Assembly: GCA_001655205.1 (NCBI GenBank)
Contig: LPNZ01009482.1
Coordinates: 1 to 43,248, forward strand
Source: Lenisia limosa
Taxonomy: Eukaryota; Protista; Breviatea
Length of the DNA: 43,248 bases
Direction of reading: 5' to 3'
The notes beneath the pieces were generated by a model, which saw only the letters and a program-made list of their open reading frames with translations, made no database searches and was not told where the DNA came from. The position numbers were made by a program, and so were the translations under genes. This document shows positions 1 through 12,300 of the stretch, piece by piece; position 1 is the stretch's first letter, and each line of letters begins with the position of its first letter.

Positions 1-79
1 AAAGCAAACCAAAACAAAAAAGAGGCTCACAGAAAGGGTTAAAGCGAAACAGAAAGAGGCCCACGGAAAGGGTTAATAG

Positions 80-310
80 GTTCATGGGGCAAGCCCATTT
101 CAGCCTTGAGAGTGGGGAAGGCCGGAAACGACGAAGGCACCATTCTGTTCTTGACTTCTTTGGTAGAGATGGCGAGGGCTGACGGGCTCGTGTCTACTGC
201 TACTATCTACGAGGTCAGTGGGTGATGGCAAAGTCGGCCTGAGCCTCAATTAAAACTAGTATCATAAGACCCCGTAGTTGCTGAACAACAAAGACCCAAA
301 GACGACATAA
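80..310 (+). CDS. 3' two exons (80-213, 278-310) of an unknown gene: ...SWGKPISALRVGKAGNDEGTILFLTSLVEMARADGLVSTATIYE|LLNNKDPKTT*
   Basis: AG at 78-79; donor GAG|gtcagt at 214; acceptor cccgtag| at 277; phase-0 join in frame to TAA 308-310. No family recognised. Confidence 0.5.
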
Positions 311-322
311 CACCTATAAACG

Positions 323-3300
323 CTATTTGACGTCAACGTTATCATCACCATGCTGATTGCTTATGATATCCTCAAGGTACTCTTATAGTATATAAATATT
401 AACCCTTTTTAGGCAATACACATATCTTGGTAACTTCTAAAGTAATATCTGACTGTCGGTAGACATAGCACGGTTTTCTTGTCGTCAATACCCACCCACA
501 ATGGTCTGTGAGCAGGTAAGAAGGCCTCCGCATGGCAGCGCTACAGCTCCACGAATACTATTTTGGTCAACAGCAGTATGACAAATCATATTCATGAAGA
601 CCCAAGAAGAGCCATATTCTGTCATCCAACTATGTATTTAGTAGTTTCCCTAGTTTTCTAATGTATATTATTCTCTTGTCCAACCCAAGAAGACACGTTG
701 ATGAGAGGACAGCGCGAATGGCAGTCATCATTTCCTGTGAATGCATGGCCAGGCCAACACTTCCGCATTGCGTCTGTGTGTTGAGCGCCTTTCAAAACAT
801 CATTATAATTCACCTTTAGTAACAAAGAATGACTTGACTATTTGTTTCGTCTATACCCCCCCCCCCACCTCCAGCTCGGCCGTGGCGACAATGTCATCNN
901 NNNNNNNNNNNNNNNNNNNNNNNNNNNNNNNNNNNNNNNNNNNNNNNTGGAGTCAACTGATGCTCCTCCACTCGTCTCCCCAAAGCTGCCCACTCTTCCC
1001 ATTCCTGGGTGTGAGATTTGAACGATGTCAGAAGAGATGAGATTGAAATTGATGAAATGATGAAACAAAAGGATCAGGTAGTTGGGTGAGGTTTTGGGAT
1101 CTGCTACTCCAAATGGAATAACGTTTGTCTTTAAAAGAAACAATTGTTGCTGCTCCTCAAAACACAAGTCCACGCAGCCCCTCCAAGACACATTGTCCGG
1201 CCATCACACCCTTCTAAGATATCATTTGCCATTGTCCGGCCAAGACACCCTTCCAAGATACCATTTGCCATTGTCTGGCCAAGACACCCTTCCAAGATAC
1301 CATTTGCCATTGTCCGGTCAAGACAACCTTCCAAGATACCATTTGCCATTGTCCGGCCAAGACAAGCCGGGGGGTCTGATACGCTGGCCACGCGGCATAT
1401 TATCGTGGCTGCTCTAGGGGCCGACATGGGCTGAAGGTGAGAGAAGGCTTGGGTAATGCATATCGATCCAGTATTGTGTGTATACATGGGTTATTAATTA
1501 TTTAATATAAAATAAAAAATACGTTTATGATTTAGAAACAACAAAACAAAGCTCGGCCCATCGGGAGGGTGAACAGCTTACTTGTCTGAAGGTAAACGAA
1601 AGGTCCGTAATCTTTGGTGGAGGGAGCGATACCGATACTTGGCGGCTTAAGAATGAGAGAGGAAAATAACTAAAACAGCGTATTTCAAAAAACACAGGAG
1701 AACGATCCATTAGAGCTGTAGTTCCTTGGTTCCCACATAATGTGCGGCTTCTTCTCGGGGGTATGCTGTGTGGGAATTTGGTGCCGCATTGCCCTGTCGT
1801 CAACCCAATGCTGTGAGTCCTCATAATGGTCTATAATGTCACTCACACGGGAATAAAATGTCAAATAAGGGTAAAAGGGAACCCTGAATATGCTCCTTAA
1901 ACTTTGGAATGTTGTGCTGAAGTCGGGTTGAGAAAAGTCTTGGGTCAATGGGTTGGGAGTCTACACAGATTAGCACAAATAAAGAAGCAATGCCCAATCG
2001 TACAGAAATATTCAATGATTTATCTCTAAAATTTTTTTTGGACAAAATAAAACCCTAACCATAAACTTAAAACCCTCCATTGAAACACGACAAAAGCTCA
2101 CAGATTCCTTTGGCGCAGGAGTGCGGCTGCGTGAACGGCCTCTGGACCTTGACCGTGCACGTGACCTGTTAATGGCCATCATGACATTGTTGAATGTCGG
2201 GTTATTTTGAGAAGCATAAAATAATATGATATTAAACATAGGGCTTCACTTCGGTTCGAAAAAAGGCTGAATTTATCGATAAATCCTCTCGAAAACTATT
2301 GATATTTTGCCCTGTCTTTTTTGAAACGAAGTGAAGCCCTACTTCCACACCGTTTCAGAAATATGTGTAACAACATTACCACTTACCTTGAGCGAGAGCG
2401 CGAACGTGATCGAGACCTAAAACAATCAGGTACGTGCCGTCTTGCTGTGTATCATATTGATGGAGCTGAAGAAATGTATGGTTTGTACATGGGCAATAAA
2501 ACATGAAAGAAGATACTCTTGCCTTCCATCTACTATCATATCACCACGATCCAAATCTCAAAGAAGCTTTTGATTAGAAAATTAACTGGTTTCAGCGAAA
2601 CGTCTACACCACCCGTAGTTTTGGACTCACAGCAAGTAAAATTTAATCAAAATTTGGCGAAAAATACACAGCCCTTGTACAAACCTAGACCTTGATCTGG
2701 AGCGGCGTGACGACTGAGAATTGGCGTTGTTCTGTGAGTCGAAGTCGCCGGAGGGCTGGGAAAGCTCAGAAAACTCAGTGGTTGCAATGGTCGGCATTGT
2801 TGTGATTGGATCTATGACGCTCTGAATAGTGGCCTCGAAGACGGCAATGGAGAGGTTGGAGGCTCTGAAGGGGTATCAGCCGGATAGTTGTCACCGGGAC
2901 GGCGGCATTTATATTATAGCATATCATATGATATGGTTTCCTTTTGGGAAATAAGGAGTTCTTGAGTTGTTATTGTGTGGTTAGTAATGAGATGACAACT
3001 AGAGGACTGTAAGGATAATAGGTTTGCATGATAAAGTCGTACATTAAGTTAGTTAATCAGGAGGGCCTATGCGAGGGTAAGAAGTGAGGTCCTACAGGCT
3101 ATCGGGAGTAATATAGCGAGGGTGAGCAGCTATAAGGTGGATAGACTGAGGTGCAGTGGCAAATGAGATTGGTTTAATAGCAAAGGAGATGTCTCATCAT
3201 ATTGAATTATTACTAGGGTTTCACTTCGGTTTTAAAAAAGACTGAATTATTCGATAAATCTCCGAAAATTATCGATATTTAACAGGTATTAATCGAACCG

Positions 3301-6300
3301 AAGTGGAGCCCTAATTACTACCAGATCCCAGCACACTTAGTTGGTGGGATAACAGTGGACATATCAGGCTCAAGTGTGTTGAAGTCTAATCCGCCAATTC
3401 CTTCAGCGTCCAAAGATGCCCGCAGAATCTTCGCGTCTACAGTGTTGGACATAACAGAGTGAAGATTAAAGTTGAGTTTATTGAGGTGGAATTCTTAGAG
3501 GGATGAAGGGGGCCATTAGCTCCTCTTTATTCCCCCTTCCCCCTTCCCATAGTCTTATTAAACAATACTACACACACACATACCCTCCTTTACGTTAGTA
3601 GTAATCTTTATGATTTCCTTCGTTTCACCCCCCCCCCCCNNNNNNNNNNNNNNNNNNNNNNNNNNNNNNNNNNNNNNNNNNNNNNNNNNGAACCACGTCA
3701 ATGAACTTGTAGGACTATGGGGATGAGAAAAAGCAATAAAACCAAAGTTCAATAAAGGACTTATGAAGAGCTCCATTTTTATAGATTGCCAATTCCCACC
3801 CTTCCATCTCCGTGGGTCCAAATAACAGGGCTGAAGAACACCCCTTCAGGGAAGATGATAATGAAAAGACTACATAGATAAGATCCTTTTCACTCCAATA
3901 AGGCTGAAGAATATTTAAAAAAAACCTCCTATTCATTGGTTTAATTTGTTTTATTACCATAGATCCCACCATCCGGTGAAGTCGGAACAAAGAAGTAGCA
4001 CACGATTCTCTTCTAAAAAGCGTGAGGCTATGAAGACCAGCCTGAATAGTACAAGGTAGTATTTCTCTGATAGCGTGATGGTGTACTATACAGATTCGGC
4101 CAGAATACAACATTGTTATATTTCTCATTTATAAGATATGATATTAGATACATGTACACCATATAATTTGTATTCCTGAAGGGATGCAGATAAATAATGA
4201 TCCAATAACACAAAGCTGAACTAACAAAACATCTTACAAAAGACCTACCTTTGGTGGCTCTCAGAATGAAGCCAGAAACCGAATGTGTTGGAGATAAGGA
4301 CTCAATAGCATCAACTGTCTTCCTACTCGCGTCAATTCAGTCAAACCTTTTGCGTTTTTGCAGATTTTTTCTTCTACAAGTGTATTTTACAGTATACAAG
4401 CGTTCAGAAAGGGGATGATGCTATCAACCCCCATCTTCACCATCATGAGATTTTTCCACCAGCACGCAACTACTTCCACCCCACCGTTTGGCCAAAACCA
4501 CCGAGGACGTCACAATCTCGTCTCTGTTGTGATAGACGCGTTTGGCCGGCAGCTCGCTAGGGAGCGGGATAATATTGGACCTATGGTGATAAATAATGCT
4601 TCCGTAATAATATGTGACCAAAGACCCTGCTGACATTCTGAAACTAGCGTTGTTTTTGATTGGAACAAACGATTTGCACTCTTCCTCAGTAGCCTTTCGC
4701 ACGACTGAAGCAAAAAGAAGAATAGAGTCTGTGGAGAGTCAAAACAACTTTCAAACTCAGTATAAAGAAGGCAAACTTGTTGTTGCAATGAAAAACATAC
4801 AACCACTTAGGAAGCCCACCATCAGGACTGTCGTTGTCACCAATACATCGATACTGTCCTCTTTTCAGGGGTGCCTGTGTGAGGTCCGGGGCCGTATTTG
4901 GTGCAGTCCCAATCAAAGTAAACTGGAAAGAAGGTGGCTGAGAGCCGCTGAAACGTCAGAAAAGGTACTCAGAAAAGCAAAAACAAAACAATTGCAGACT
5001 TATCTGCAGCATTGACCTGACTTCCATAGGACTCCACTCCTAAAAGAGTCAAAACCACAGGGTTAAAGAACTTATTTGGGATATGATTCATGGTCATTTC
5101 AATCCAAAAAAGAGACATAATATCGATATATATGTAGATCTACATTATTCATTGTCAAAGGGTTTAGGTCAGAAGAGCAGAGCTTCCCTTCGGTCCAGAA
5201 ATACTCTCGATAAATCCTCGAAAAATGTCGATACTACCATTTGCACCCCTTGTCATACTTTTGACCTTCTGCTGACTCTGGCTCTGACTCTGTAACTGGG
5301 TTTGTACCTGTGTGTCTTCAACTGGACAATAATCCAAGGCGACAATAATCAGTTAAATGTGAGGCAACAAAAGAGAATACGACAGTTCTCCAAAGCTATC
5401 GAAACAAAGAACAATAGATTAACTGTTGGGGGNNNNNNNNNNNNNNNNNNNNNNNNNNNNNNNNNNNNNNNNNNNNNNNNNNNNNNNNNNNNNNNNNNNN
5501 NNNNNNNNNNNNNNATCCGGAGCAATAGCCCTTACATCCCAATCCCCTCTCCTTCCTGTCCCCAAAAGCGAACCTTGAGTACAATAATCCTCGAGGTTGA
5601 CTACACCGTAGCACACCAAATTATCACCCCTGTAGAGGATTGCGTCTGAAGTGGTCAGAAGAGTGGCTTCGGTTGGGGAAATTTCTGAATATTTCGAAAA
5701 AAATTCCATAATTAGTTTTTTTCTTTTTTACCGGCCTTTTTCTGAGCGGAGTACCCGAAATATGACCATGCAAATAACGTCACTCAAGTGGTGGAATAAA
5801 GTTATTTTCCTTGGAAAAGCATATCGTATATCATATATCCAATCTGTCATGACTCACTCTATATAGTAAATACCATATCATATCTAGTACTGCATAACAT
5901 GATAGTGTGTCTATTATGATATCATATGCTACGTAGGATATCAGGAGTAATACACACCATGGCAGTTTGTGAGCAGGATTTGGATATAATGCGGCTTCCT
6001 TTCAACAGCTTCATGTGGGTTCTGCTCTGTTCCTAAAACATCAGTGACATGGAGAATTGTGTTTGCTTACGCCAGGAACGCTTTGCAGCTCGCCAGTGGT
6101 TCGGCTGAAGAGGGGACGGTGCAATTAGGGTTATTGGAATGCCCAGCGTTCGGCCATCTGATATGTAAGCTTCCCTTCTGTTCAAAAAAACTCGGTAAAT
6201 TATCGATAATTTTAGAGGATTTCTCGTAGCGCCACTCTGGACACTATCTCGTACCCCCCCCCNNNNNNNNNNNNNNNNNNNNNNNNNNNNNNNNNNNNNN

Positions 6301-9300
6301 NNNNNNNNNNNNNNNNNNNNNNNNNNNNNNNNNNNNNNNNNNNNNNNNNNNNNNNNNNNNNNNNNNNNNNNNNNNNNNNNNNNNNNNNGGCTGTCGGAGG
6401 AGACGGTCATTGGTCCAAACCCGGCTATGCGCTGCAGTAAATTTAGAAATAAGTAATAAAACAAGGTTGTATCTGGCTTAAGCCGTCCACACCACACTAT
6501 ACTATTAATGCACCCAATCTTTTGCCTTACAACTCTGTGCACACAGCTTTTTGCGTGCCCCCCCCCCCAGTAATATTACTATTTGTTGTTGCTTATACAT
6601 CCCACAAAGGTTTGAAGAAAACCATCAATCACATGACGCACCTTTCTGTTCAGCTGTGTTCGTGATGGTTCTCGCGTTTTGCAGAGCAGTCAAGAGCTTG
6701 GAGGAGAGCCCGCCCTCAACAAACTTGTTCTTTTTCTGTTTACCTGGTGACAAGGGCCCTGTTGATGTTAGAACGAAGGACTACAAAGTTTTCTACCTCT
6801 TCTTTCGGGAGGCGGTTGTACTTTCTTAGCCATTTTGGACAGCGCTTGGATATGAGACCTGAAAGAGTTACACTGGCATTCGATTTAGTCCAAAAATCTT
6901 TGGACTGTAAATACAGATCATCTGGCACTAATAAGTCCCCCTCAGCTCCTGCAAAGTATCCTCCAGCTCACGGCAGTTCCGGTTCCTTGGCCGTTTGTGA
7001 GAAGAGAGTCCTCTTCGTTGGGACGCTATCGGCGAGACCCGAAGGAACCAGGTCTATGTCCCGATAGCCTTTGGGAAGCGGCGACTTCTTGAGCGGCGGA
7101 GGAGTGTCGATGGGGTCCATTGACACGTTAGAGACGTCTGCGGCATCAAAGGCATAAAGGAGCAGATACCCATAAAAGCCTTCTTACTAGGGCTTCTCTT
7201 CGGTTTGAAAAAGACCGGTGCATTATCGATAATTTTCGAGGATTTATCGAGAAATTCAGTCTTTTTTGAACCGAAGTGAAGCCCTAGACGTTGGAGACGT
7301 TTGCGGCATCAATGGTATAAAGGAGATCCCGTAGAGAGCCTTCTTACAATTCACAGTATTCGCTGATCCTTGAGTGGACAAGTCCATGTTTTCCGCCTCA
7401 GTTATTGCGTCAGACAGAACCTTGATTTTTAAGAAACAACAGAGCAAAAGTGGAAAAGAATCGCAATAGTGTTATTTTTTGAGAATTTTAGTCTTTTTTG
7501 GACAGAAGCTCCTTGCCTTGCCATAAGCTTTGGTAACATACAGATTGTTTAATGGGAACATAGGCTTCACCCCGCATCGCTGCTCGCATTCGACTGAGAA
7601 ATAATCAAACTTGAACGCAATTCAAAGCAAATAACGGGAGGTCACAATCACGTATTCTGATATTCCTTATAAAGTACGAATTGAATTGTTTGATAAGAGA
7701 ACAGGCTTGGATCTCCGCTAACGCTAAATCCTCATTGGCCGGTTGCGGGAGAGACCGAAATTGTACGGGTCCACCAAGCTTAGGGAAGAACGACGGCTTG
7801 GAGGAGGCGGAAGACTGGGCAACCTGTCTGGATGGCGCTTTCCTTTTGACAGTGGATCGTGAAGAACCTGATGAAGATGTGATCTCTTATGATAACCACA
7901 GCATATCTCATGATACGCTACAACAAACGATATATTAAAATAGTCTATCATATGATATTTTATAATACAAATGTATTTCATGCAAAAATAAAAAAGAACA
8001 CATTAATGGTTCAAGAAAGCGCCTATCCCATTCCTCTGCGCAAACTCAAAGAAGAGAAGATGCTCTTTTGCTTGTCACTAAATGACGATGCTGTTGGAGT
8101 GTCTGAAGTGGATGGTAGGATCTCATTCAGACCTTTCGGTTCTGGGGTCTGAAAGATGAACCTAGGAAACCATGTATTGCTTATCTTACTCTTTTCGGAG
8201 ATTTTGCAGCACATTAACAGGACCCACCACCAGGTAAGTATGGATATGGATATTTCCTTAGATAAAATCTAAAATAACAACCTATATACCCACTTTTGGT
8301 CTTCCTGGTGTCCGGGAGCGAGAAATACGAGGCACGCTCGGGGCTGGCGAAAAAATCTATAAGTCACGTCAATACGGTGACATTATATAAGTAAAACAGG
8401 CGCCAGACAGAAATAAATGCAGAACTACTTTCCTCTTTTAGGTTAGACTCCACTTACAGATTGTTTTGGGGTTGGTGTGATGTTGCGTAACAATGAAGGT
8501 TTATGTCTCGAGGGGGTCAAACTTTTCTTTTGAAGAAGTACCTGAAATGTTGTTTTATTGGAGCTTTTTAATGGTGTTCATCATGTATAAAAAGCTCTCA
8601 GAAAGGGCGATTTGGATTCTCAGACTCAACCAATAAGTGGTGCCAAGTAGCCTCTTACCTCAACAGCATCGTGTGGGGACGCGCGCTCTTCTTTGGATGG
8701 AGTTGGCTTGGGGGATTGTGACGGTTTACGGACAAGTTGAATCTAACCCTCCAATGAGAAATGAAAACACATATCATATAGTACATCCAAATTTCCCATA
8801 ATTTTTTGGACATTTAACTTGTCAGTTGCCCTCACCTCGTCTGAGCCTTCAGAGCTGTCTTCTTGGTCGAAAACAAAGACATTGCTCTGATCATTCTCAT
8901 CCTCATTGCTGTCTTCATGACATTCATTTGCCTCGGTTGACTGAAGTAGGGCACTCCTTTGTTTGTTTTCATCAAAGAGTGGTCTTCTATTACGATTCCC
9001 TCCTGAAGAGTGAGAGATAACTTAGTTTTTTTTAGCTTTGACACAGGTAAAGAGTAAAAGGGTCAACAAAGAAACAATGGAAAGATAAGGACTCGGACCA
9101 TCTTCCCACGTGGAGTTTTTGCCCTATCCACTCGTAGAACAGAAAGCGGGGTTTTTCTCTCGGACACAGGCTGAAGAGATTCCTTTGCTGACACTACGGG
9201 GTCAATAAAACCGTCCATTTCCAATACTCAATTATCCATCCATCCATAGAAGACTATTGGCCACCCCCTCCACACAGGTATTTGGTCCTTTCGACCTTGA

Positions 9301-12300
9301 GCGGCCGCGTGGTAAGTTGACCTTCAGCTTGACTTCGCCAATCTCCTTCTCATCCTTCTCATCATTGGCTCTGGTCTTCTTCCGGTACGTTCTTGGAGTC
9401 TTAGTGCCCGGCGGTTTGACTTCAGGGCCCTGGGTAAGGTCCTCTGATTTACGAGAGAAGATCCGCTGGTGCTTATGTGGGGTTCCTGCATTGTTATATT
9501 GAACTCTGTCAAATCATCACAATATTCTCATAAGATTAATAAAGTCAAAGCCCTGCCCACTTGATCGTCCCCTTTTGGAAGCCGAATCAAAAAGTTCTTT
9601 GGAGCCTGTTTAAATGTTATTTGCAGAAAAGAGGGTCTCGAAGCTGCTACTGTAGTCATTGAAGGACAGTAGTATGCACTATCCATCCCAACCTGATGTT
9701 TCTTGCTCGTCAATCGAGTCATCAAACACGATCTCGCCTAAAATGTTAAAGCAGCTGTTAAACGTCGCAAGAGCGACAGATATTTGAACAGGGTAATCTT
9801 AATTGACCCATCAAATAAAGTCATATTTCAACTACACCATTTATACATTGAAATTTAGAGGTATAAAATCCAAATAATGCTGAAGATAGGAAAATGGTCA
9901 GAAATGTGAGACAGAAACGTGATTCACACTACTCATCGTCTTACCTCCAGAACTGTCAAAATTTAACTCCATGCCTTAGTTCATATATCAAACAATTGAA
10001 TCAAATGCTAGAAGGCACGGAAGGTGCCTTTACACTGAAGAAAAGAGACAATTTCGGGAAACGTGGGGCTATTGTCTCAATAAGTCATCCTGTACAATTA
10101 TAGATACTTATTACATTCATAAATTCTTCAATACTACAATACAAAGGCGACTTAAAAAATTCAAAATGTGCTGAACTATAAGAATACATGGGAATGCACT
10201 GGAACAACAAAACTATTTACTTTCTTTTTCCTTTTTCCTCCCTCTCTTCTGCTTACCTGCATACTGCCCTCTTTCCAACCACGTTCCAACCTTTTTACTT
10301 TTAGAGCTGTTGAGATAATAAATTGATGACCGTGGTGAACCTACTACGAAAACAAAGAAACTTGCCAGTACCCCTGCCATCCCCTCTTGTAGTATTGAGT
10401 AGTTGTTATATATGAAGTACTCATAATTTGAGATTGAATTTTGAACAATGGATGAGACAAAGACGGTATGCCTAGTCCATCTTTTCGATGTTTGCCTGAA
10501 CTGTTCTTCACTTTGACTCTCCAGCCAGATGCCAAGAAAGAGGCTCATAAACAGGTAGAAAAGCAAAGAAGGAAGGTCGGGTGCATTTGGGTTGTTCGCA
10601 TTTTTTCAATGATTATTATGTTCATTTACCCCCAAAGGCCTTGAATATGCACTTTAACAACCTGAGAACTCTGCTCCCGCCACATAATAGTCGAGCAACA
10701 AAGGTGGGCAGGACTATTGATCCATGGAGGGAAAATATACAGTGACGAGGATAATTCTTGACCAATTTTACTTGGGAAATCACATAGCAAATCGGTCAAG
10801 ACTTATCCCGGTAACTGTATTCTTCGTATGGGGGTCCGACTCCCTGTGGTTCAGACCTTCACTTCCATTACGATGCTCTTTGTAGATAATTAAATTTGTA
10901 AGACCTACTCGAATACATCAACTTAGAGTTGAACCTTGACCTGCGTGGAAACTGGTTTCCCTGTATTACATCTAGTGCTTCACTTCGGTTCATAAAAGAC
11001 CAGTAAAATATCGATAGTTTTTATCGATTTATCGAGAAATTCAGTCTTTTTCGAACCGAAGTGAAGCCCTAATTACATCATCAAGCAGTAGGTCCTCAAG
11101 CAAAAGATAAAACAGTGATACATGATATACAAATGATACATCATATCACTTTTTGGATCATTTTCACATGTGTGAACTATTATTTTCCACGCAGTGATAT
11201 GACACCTCTTATTTGCTCCTATGATAATTGACCGACACGTCTCAATGATACTCTGATACACTCGGGATGAACCCTCGTGTTATAATCGTTCACCATTTCG
11301 ACTTGAAAGTCGGTCATGATCACATCACAAGTGGATATGAGTGAACATATCACATCGAGGTTTTTTGAGTAATTCGGTGACTCTTTCCCAGGCCGACATT
11401 CTTCGGCTCTGTGCAACCCATCTGGTCAACCTGCAGAAGGAAGTTATTGCAGCAGCATCAATGCGGGACGTCATTGTTGCTGCTCTCGATAAATGTGTTG
11501 AGGGTGTACGTCTCTTAGTATAGTGAAGGGGGGGCATGATGGAACGGCGGAGCTACAAGGCAAATGATGACTCAATTTCGGTCAAATGAAATATTGACCT
11601 TTTCTATTTAGGAACCGTTCGGGTACACAAATTTTTCATTTTTTTTAAGTACCTACTCAAGAGGATGTACCTAAAAATTAGTAACCCTAATGCCAACTTT
11701 AAAATTATTACGTAAATGTATGTACAATACGTGTACCCGAACGGTCCCTTATACTGCCCTGACTTGACTCAGCGATGGGACACGAAGCTGACATTCCTAA
11801 CCAAGCTACCACTACGCCTTTGGTGAACCTCAAGTATGGAGGGGAGTTTTGAAGCTTCATTCTGAAAAAAGACAGAATTTCTCGGGATATCTTTGATTAC
11901 TATCGATATTGTATGGGCCTTGTATGATGTTGTTGAAGAAATTTGATGAACTGGTTTCACTTTGTTGTGGTTTAAAATATGAAATATTTTTCTTCAGTTA
12001 ACTTGTTTTTTTTTTGTATTTATCGATATGTATGGACATATTGAGATATGATATCATATCATATCACTCTTGTAAAACCTCCAAACATATCAAGACCAAT
12101 CCATTGGGTTCTGTTAGGACAAGGGTTAATCGATGGTGCTTTAAAATCTGAGGAAATCAGAATCTTTACTAAAGTAATGGTTTTGAAGAGCACAATAATA
12201 TCTCCATGATATCTATTGGTGAATAACCCAGGTTCACAGATAAGTTGGAAGGCTTTCATTTAGGTCAAAATATCGGACTCTATCGTTGATAGTTCCATGA

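Noticed and set aside
80-215. Minus-strand reading IVAVDTSPSALAISTKEV resembling a SAM-methyltransferase motif
   Set aside because: The + strand reading has matched splice sites and a phase-correct last exon, the - gene already stops near 323, and no motif I was found.
1131-1487. ORFs reading through the 39-bp repeat (RTMANGILEGCLG)n and its other frames
   Set aside because: A phase-0 donor (VAS|gtatcag) upstream places the repeat in an intron. The open frames result from the unit length being a multiple of 3.
2239-2341. Family 1 as a Tc1/Stowaway MITE with TA TSD; telomere-like TTAGGG; Pol III B-box GGTTCGAA in the TIR
   Set aside because: 8-bp TSDs outside the TA at two copies favour hAT. 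TTAGGG occurs only singly. The B-box lacks the downstream C and has no A-box.
3960-4045. RasGAP call from TLFRRESCATSL
   Set aside because: The following exons lack the FLR signature and helical pattern. Kept only as a hint.
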